A stretch of DNA of 26,317 bases from a virus (Duplodnaviria; Caudoviricetes), in IMG/VR virus record IMGVR_UViG_3300038673_000086, positions 1 through 26,317 of that record; one strand, 5' to 3'. Both the position numbers and the translations under genes were made by a program. The notes under the pieces are model-generated. The model ran no database searches. It worked only from the letters and a program-made list of their open reading frames with translations, and was not told where the DNA came from. Below are positions 23,891 to 26,317 of the stretch, piece after piece (the first letter of the stretch is position 1; each line of letters opens with the position of its first letter).

Positions 23891-26317
23891 TAATACAACT
23901 CCATAAAAGATATATCTTCGTTAAGTTGGTTAAAAATGTTCTCCCGTTCTCTCTGGGCGACTTCGGAAATGTCTTTGGGACGCTTGCGGGGTTTCTCCTG
24001 TAAAACATCTTCCCATTTACTCGACCCCGCCAAGTGCATTGGTCTTGCCATACATATCAACGCCGCTTCATCAGCAATGTGATCTTCGCCATCTGTATCT
24101 ATGTCTTCGATGTTGTTCGGATTGACGACAATATTAGGGATGGTTCGGATAAAGTGTGTGCAGTTACTATAAACCTGCATCATGGGCTGAAGGAATCCGC
24201 CCTTATCATCGGGGGTCACAAGCAATCTCTGGTGAAACTGCCGCCACTTCAAAGCCCTTGTCGGGTCGCCCGGTCTAAGAATTAAACCTAATCGTCTAAA
24301 TTCTTCTGCCGTGGATGTCCCTTGCCCGCCACCCTTGTAATCAGGTTTCTTATTAAAACAAGTAGGGTCGCAAAGACGGATAATCTGAGGATTAACAACA
24401 CCGTTAGACTCAACATTCAACCCCATTGCCTGTTCACGTTTAATAATCCCCTGTCCTATTTCAGAATCAGCTAGTCTCAACCCCTGATTGGGTGTGCCGT
24501 TCCATCCGTACCACTCATTGAATCTGTAAAACCTTCCGTCTGAATCCACCCACCACCAACCAACCGAAAACGGTGCGCCAAAACCCCAGTCAAACGTCAT
24601 AAACAACGGCGCATTAGGCGGAACGGGAATCGGCTTTATAACGTGGTGTACTCTTGACCACTCCTGAAAGAACTGTCCTATGTAGGTGTCCCACGAACCG
24701 TCTCTGAAAGCTGCTCTCTGGTGGGCAGGGAGCGTGTTTAACATCCGCCAATAACCTTCATCTAAGTGCGGGTTATCGTCAGCCTTCGCCGGGATGTAAC
24801 AGAACTTCTTGGAGTAGTCGTAAGGTTGTAAAAATTCTTCTGGATAGGTTTTATCTATCCACAACGCCTTGCAGTAAGCATGACCAACGCCGCCAGGGTT
24901 TGTGGCTCCCAAGAGCAAGCACTCGTCATCCGTCAGTCCAGGCCATCTTAATCTTTTACGAATTTCCGTGAATGTGTCGTAATTGTTCTTAGTGATCTCG
25001 TCTATCGCCGCAGCAGCAAACTCAGCAGATTGACCGCTCCACGAAACACGACCTTTATATCTTGTTAATACTGTGTGATATGGAGGAACGGTTACACAAT
25101 AAACCTTACCTTTATAGGGAATTTGCTTTCTATGTTTACCACACGCAGTGTCTGTGATTTTCTTCAACAAATGAACGTGGTATCTTGGCTTGTGACCATC
25201 TCCGTATGGGTTTTGACCTTCCTTATCATATCGTAAATCTATGGTTGGTCTAAAGCCACAAAAGATAGCTACCTCTGAAACGTCATCCGCTAATTGTTTA
25301 GATGCTGTGACAAAATGACCATTATTTTTATTTACCCAAGTTCCATCTGCCTCAACCAACGACCATAATAATTTATAAAGCCGTTTAGAATCGTAATTGA
25401 GCATAATATCTCTTGGGATATATTTATCGTGACTCTTTCCTAACTTAACAAGGTACTCATAAAGTGCTTTATTGTTGAAATTTATTTCTCTTTCTTGAAC
25501 GTGGTAGTTAATTCCAGACCTGTTAAGTAATGAAATAATCTTTTCACGACCACTTTTATTCACTTGAGATATTCGTATTGCGAATCTTGGTGCAGGGTCT
25601 AAACTTCCCTCTCCGATATACCACCCTAAAAACTCCATCCAATCATCAATACTGAATTTTACAGAACGACCATTATTACCAGAACTGTTAAACTCGATTT
25701 CTTCCTGACAATCATCAAATAATGGTTTCACCCATTCAGCACATTGAGGTATTTTGGCAGTACGTGGCAATTTATCTGCCCTGTATGGCTTGAGTTTATT
25801 ACAACGACTCGTAGATGCCCAAATGGTATGATTAGGTGTTACACAAAATGCCGGTGTTCCCCTAGAACACACATACTCCATCAACCCATCGTACTCGTAT
25901 GACCACACCTTAGAAACATCTTCATAAGAAACTTCTCTTGTATTGGGATCAAGACTAGCAACGCAATCTTCAACCTTGATATCTTCCACTTTTCTCCAAC
26001 CGTATTTAGTCAAGAGTTCTGTGTCTGGATGAAAACATTGATACTTGGAAGCGTCATCTAAATTCCTGAAGCAGATAACACCGCTACCAAACTCAGGACT
26101 TAATATGAAACATCTTCCGTAATCCTTGTGGTCTGAATACTGCTTACCCAACCACGGCGGAAACTCCCGGGCTATCTTGCTTAACTGCCGGTCTTTCAAC
26201 TGCGGATAGTCCTCACATGCCAGCATGACGACTACGTTCTTTAATCCCTTCTCCTTGTACCAGCAGAACAAAAGTCTTACTAAAACCCATCTCAACCAGT
26301 AAGACTTCCCACCGCCT
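23890..26317 (-). CDS. terL: Terminase large subunit precursor with intein, 5' end outside window
   Basis: The frame stays open to the window edge and reads GGGKSYWLRW (Walker A), so TTG at 26295 is not the start. Walker B AAAAIDE, ATNPGG coupling motif, nuclease motifs FDWGFGAP and EDHIADE. Confidence 0.95.
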   Translation of the reverse strand, partial: GGGKSYWLRWVLVRLLFCWYKEKGLKNVVVMLACEDYPQLKDRQLSKIAREFPPWLGKQYSDHKDYGRCFILSPEFGSGVICFRNLDDASKYQCFHPDTELLTKYGWRKVEDIKVEDCVASLDPNTREVSYEDVSKVWSYEYDGLMEYVCSRGTPAFCVTPNHTIWASTSRCNKLKPYRADKLPRTAKIPQCAEWVKPLFDDCQEEIEFNSSGNNGRSVKFSIDDWMEFLGWYIGEGSLDPAPRFAIRISQVNKSGREKIISLLNRSGINYHVQEREINFNNKALYEYLVKLGKSHDKYIPRDIMLNYDSKRLYKLLWSLVEADGTWVNKNNGHFVTASKQLADDVSEVAIFCGFRPTIDLRYDKEGQNPYGDGHKPRYHVHLLKKITDTACGKHRKQIPYKGKVYCVTVPPYHTVLTRYKGRVSWSGQSAEFAAAAIDEITKNNYDTFTEIRKRLRWPGLTDDECLLLGATNPGGVGHAYCKALWIDKTYPEEFLQPYDYSKKFCYIPAKADDNPHLDEGYWRMLNTLPAHQRAAFRDGSWDTYIGQFFQEWSRVHHVIKPIPVPPNAPLFMTFDWGFGAPFSVGWWWVDSDGRFYRFNEWYGWNGTPNQGLRLADSEIGQGIIKREQAMGLNVESNGVVNPQIIRLCDPTCFNKKPDYKGGGQGTSTAEEFRRLGLILRPGDPTRALKWRQFHQRLLVTPDDKGGFLQPMMQVYSNCTHFIRTIPNIVVNPNNIEDIDTDGEDHIADEAALICMARPMHLAGSSKWEDVLQEKPRKRPKDISEVAQRERENIFNQLNEDISFMELY
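25030..26037 (-). mobile_element. Intein (336 aa) with LAGLIDADG homing endonuclease
   Basis: Begins CFHPDTELLTKYGW, block B CVTPNHTIW, endonuclease motifs FLGWYIGEGS and LLWSLVEADGT, block F GKVYCVTVP, ends SWSGQ before Ser. Removal rejoins DDASKYQ-SAEFAAAAIDE. Confidence 0.93.

Larger units (their letters stand above)
1..26317 (-). mobile_element. Tailed phage/prophage morphogenesis and lysis region (podovirus-like), open at both window edges
   Basis: Terminase-portal-scaffold-capsid-adaptor-nozzle-ejection-lysis order on one strand, with tight ATGA/TAATG coupling. No tail sheath, major tail tube or long tape-measure gene recognised. Free phage versus prophage cannot be told from this window. 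Confidence 0.95.

Noticed and set aside
188-24285. Other short plus-strand and alternate-frame ORFs in the track
   Set aside because: All overlap better-supported minus-strand genes and show no recognisable motifs.
26293-26295. TTG start of terminase as called by the track
   Set aside because: The frame continues to the window edge through the Walker A motif GGGKS, so the true start lies outside.
4615-26317. Second VR / additional DGR target
   Set aside because: No other copy of the TR constant segments was noticed by eye and no other gene ends in a GFR-type motif. A computed alignment, and sequence outside the window, would be needed to exclude it.

Overview
This window is one continuous minus-strand late operon of a tailed (probably short-tailed, P22/T7-like) bacteriophage or prophage. 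No host genes, integrase, tRNA, rRNA or CRISPR array were seen. In transcription order (right to left) it holds: terminase large subunit (5' end outside the window) carrying a 336-aa LAGLIDADG intein that ends in Gln, a small membrane protein, portal, FkbM methyltransferase, scaffold, major capsid protein, a beta-helix protein, glycosyltransferase-like genes, adaptor and nozzle proteins, and three probable ejection proteins. Two genes with Sec-type signal peptides follow, then a complete diversity-generating retroelement (target with VR, avd, TR, RT) and a lysis module (holin candidate, GH24 lysozyme cut by the left edge). The DGR is the best-supported system: by hand alignment all 17 TR/VR substitutions fall on TR adenines, and VR carries one extra in-frame codon. 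The least expected observations are: the signal peptide on the DGR target, a 13-bp long-range pairing that brackets TR, glycan-modifying enzymes embedded in the head module, and a three-way-junction element that folds better on the antisense strand. All product calls come from motif recognition and gene order; no database search was run.
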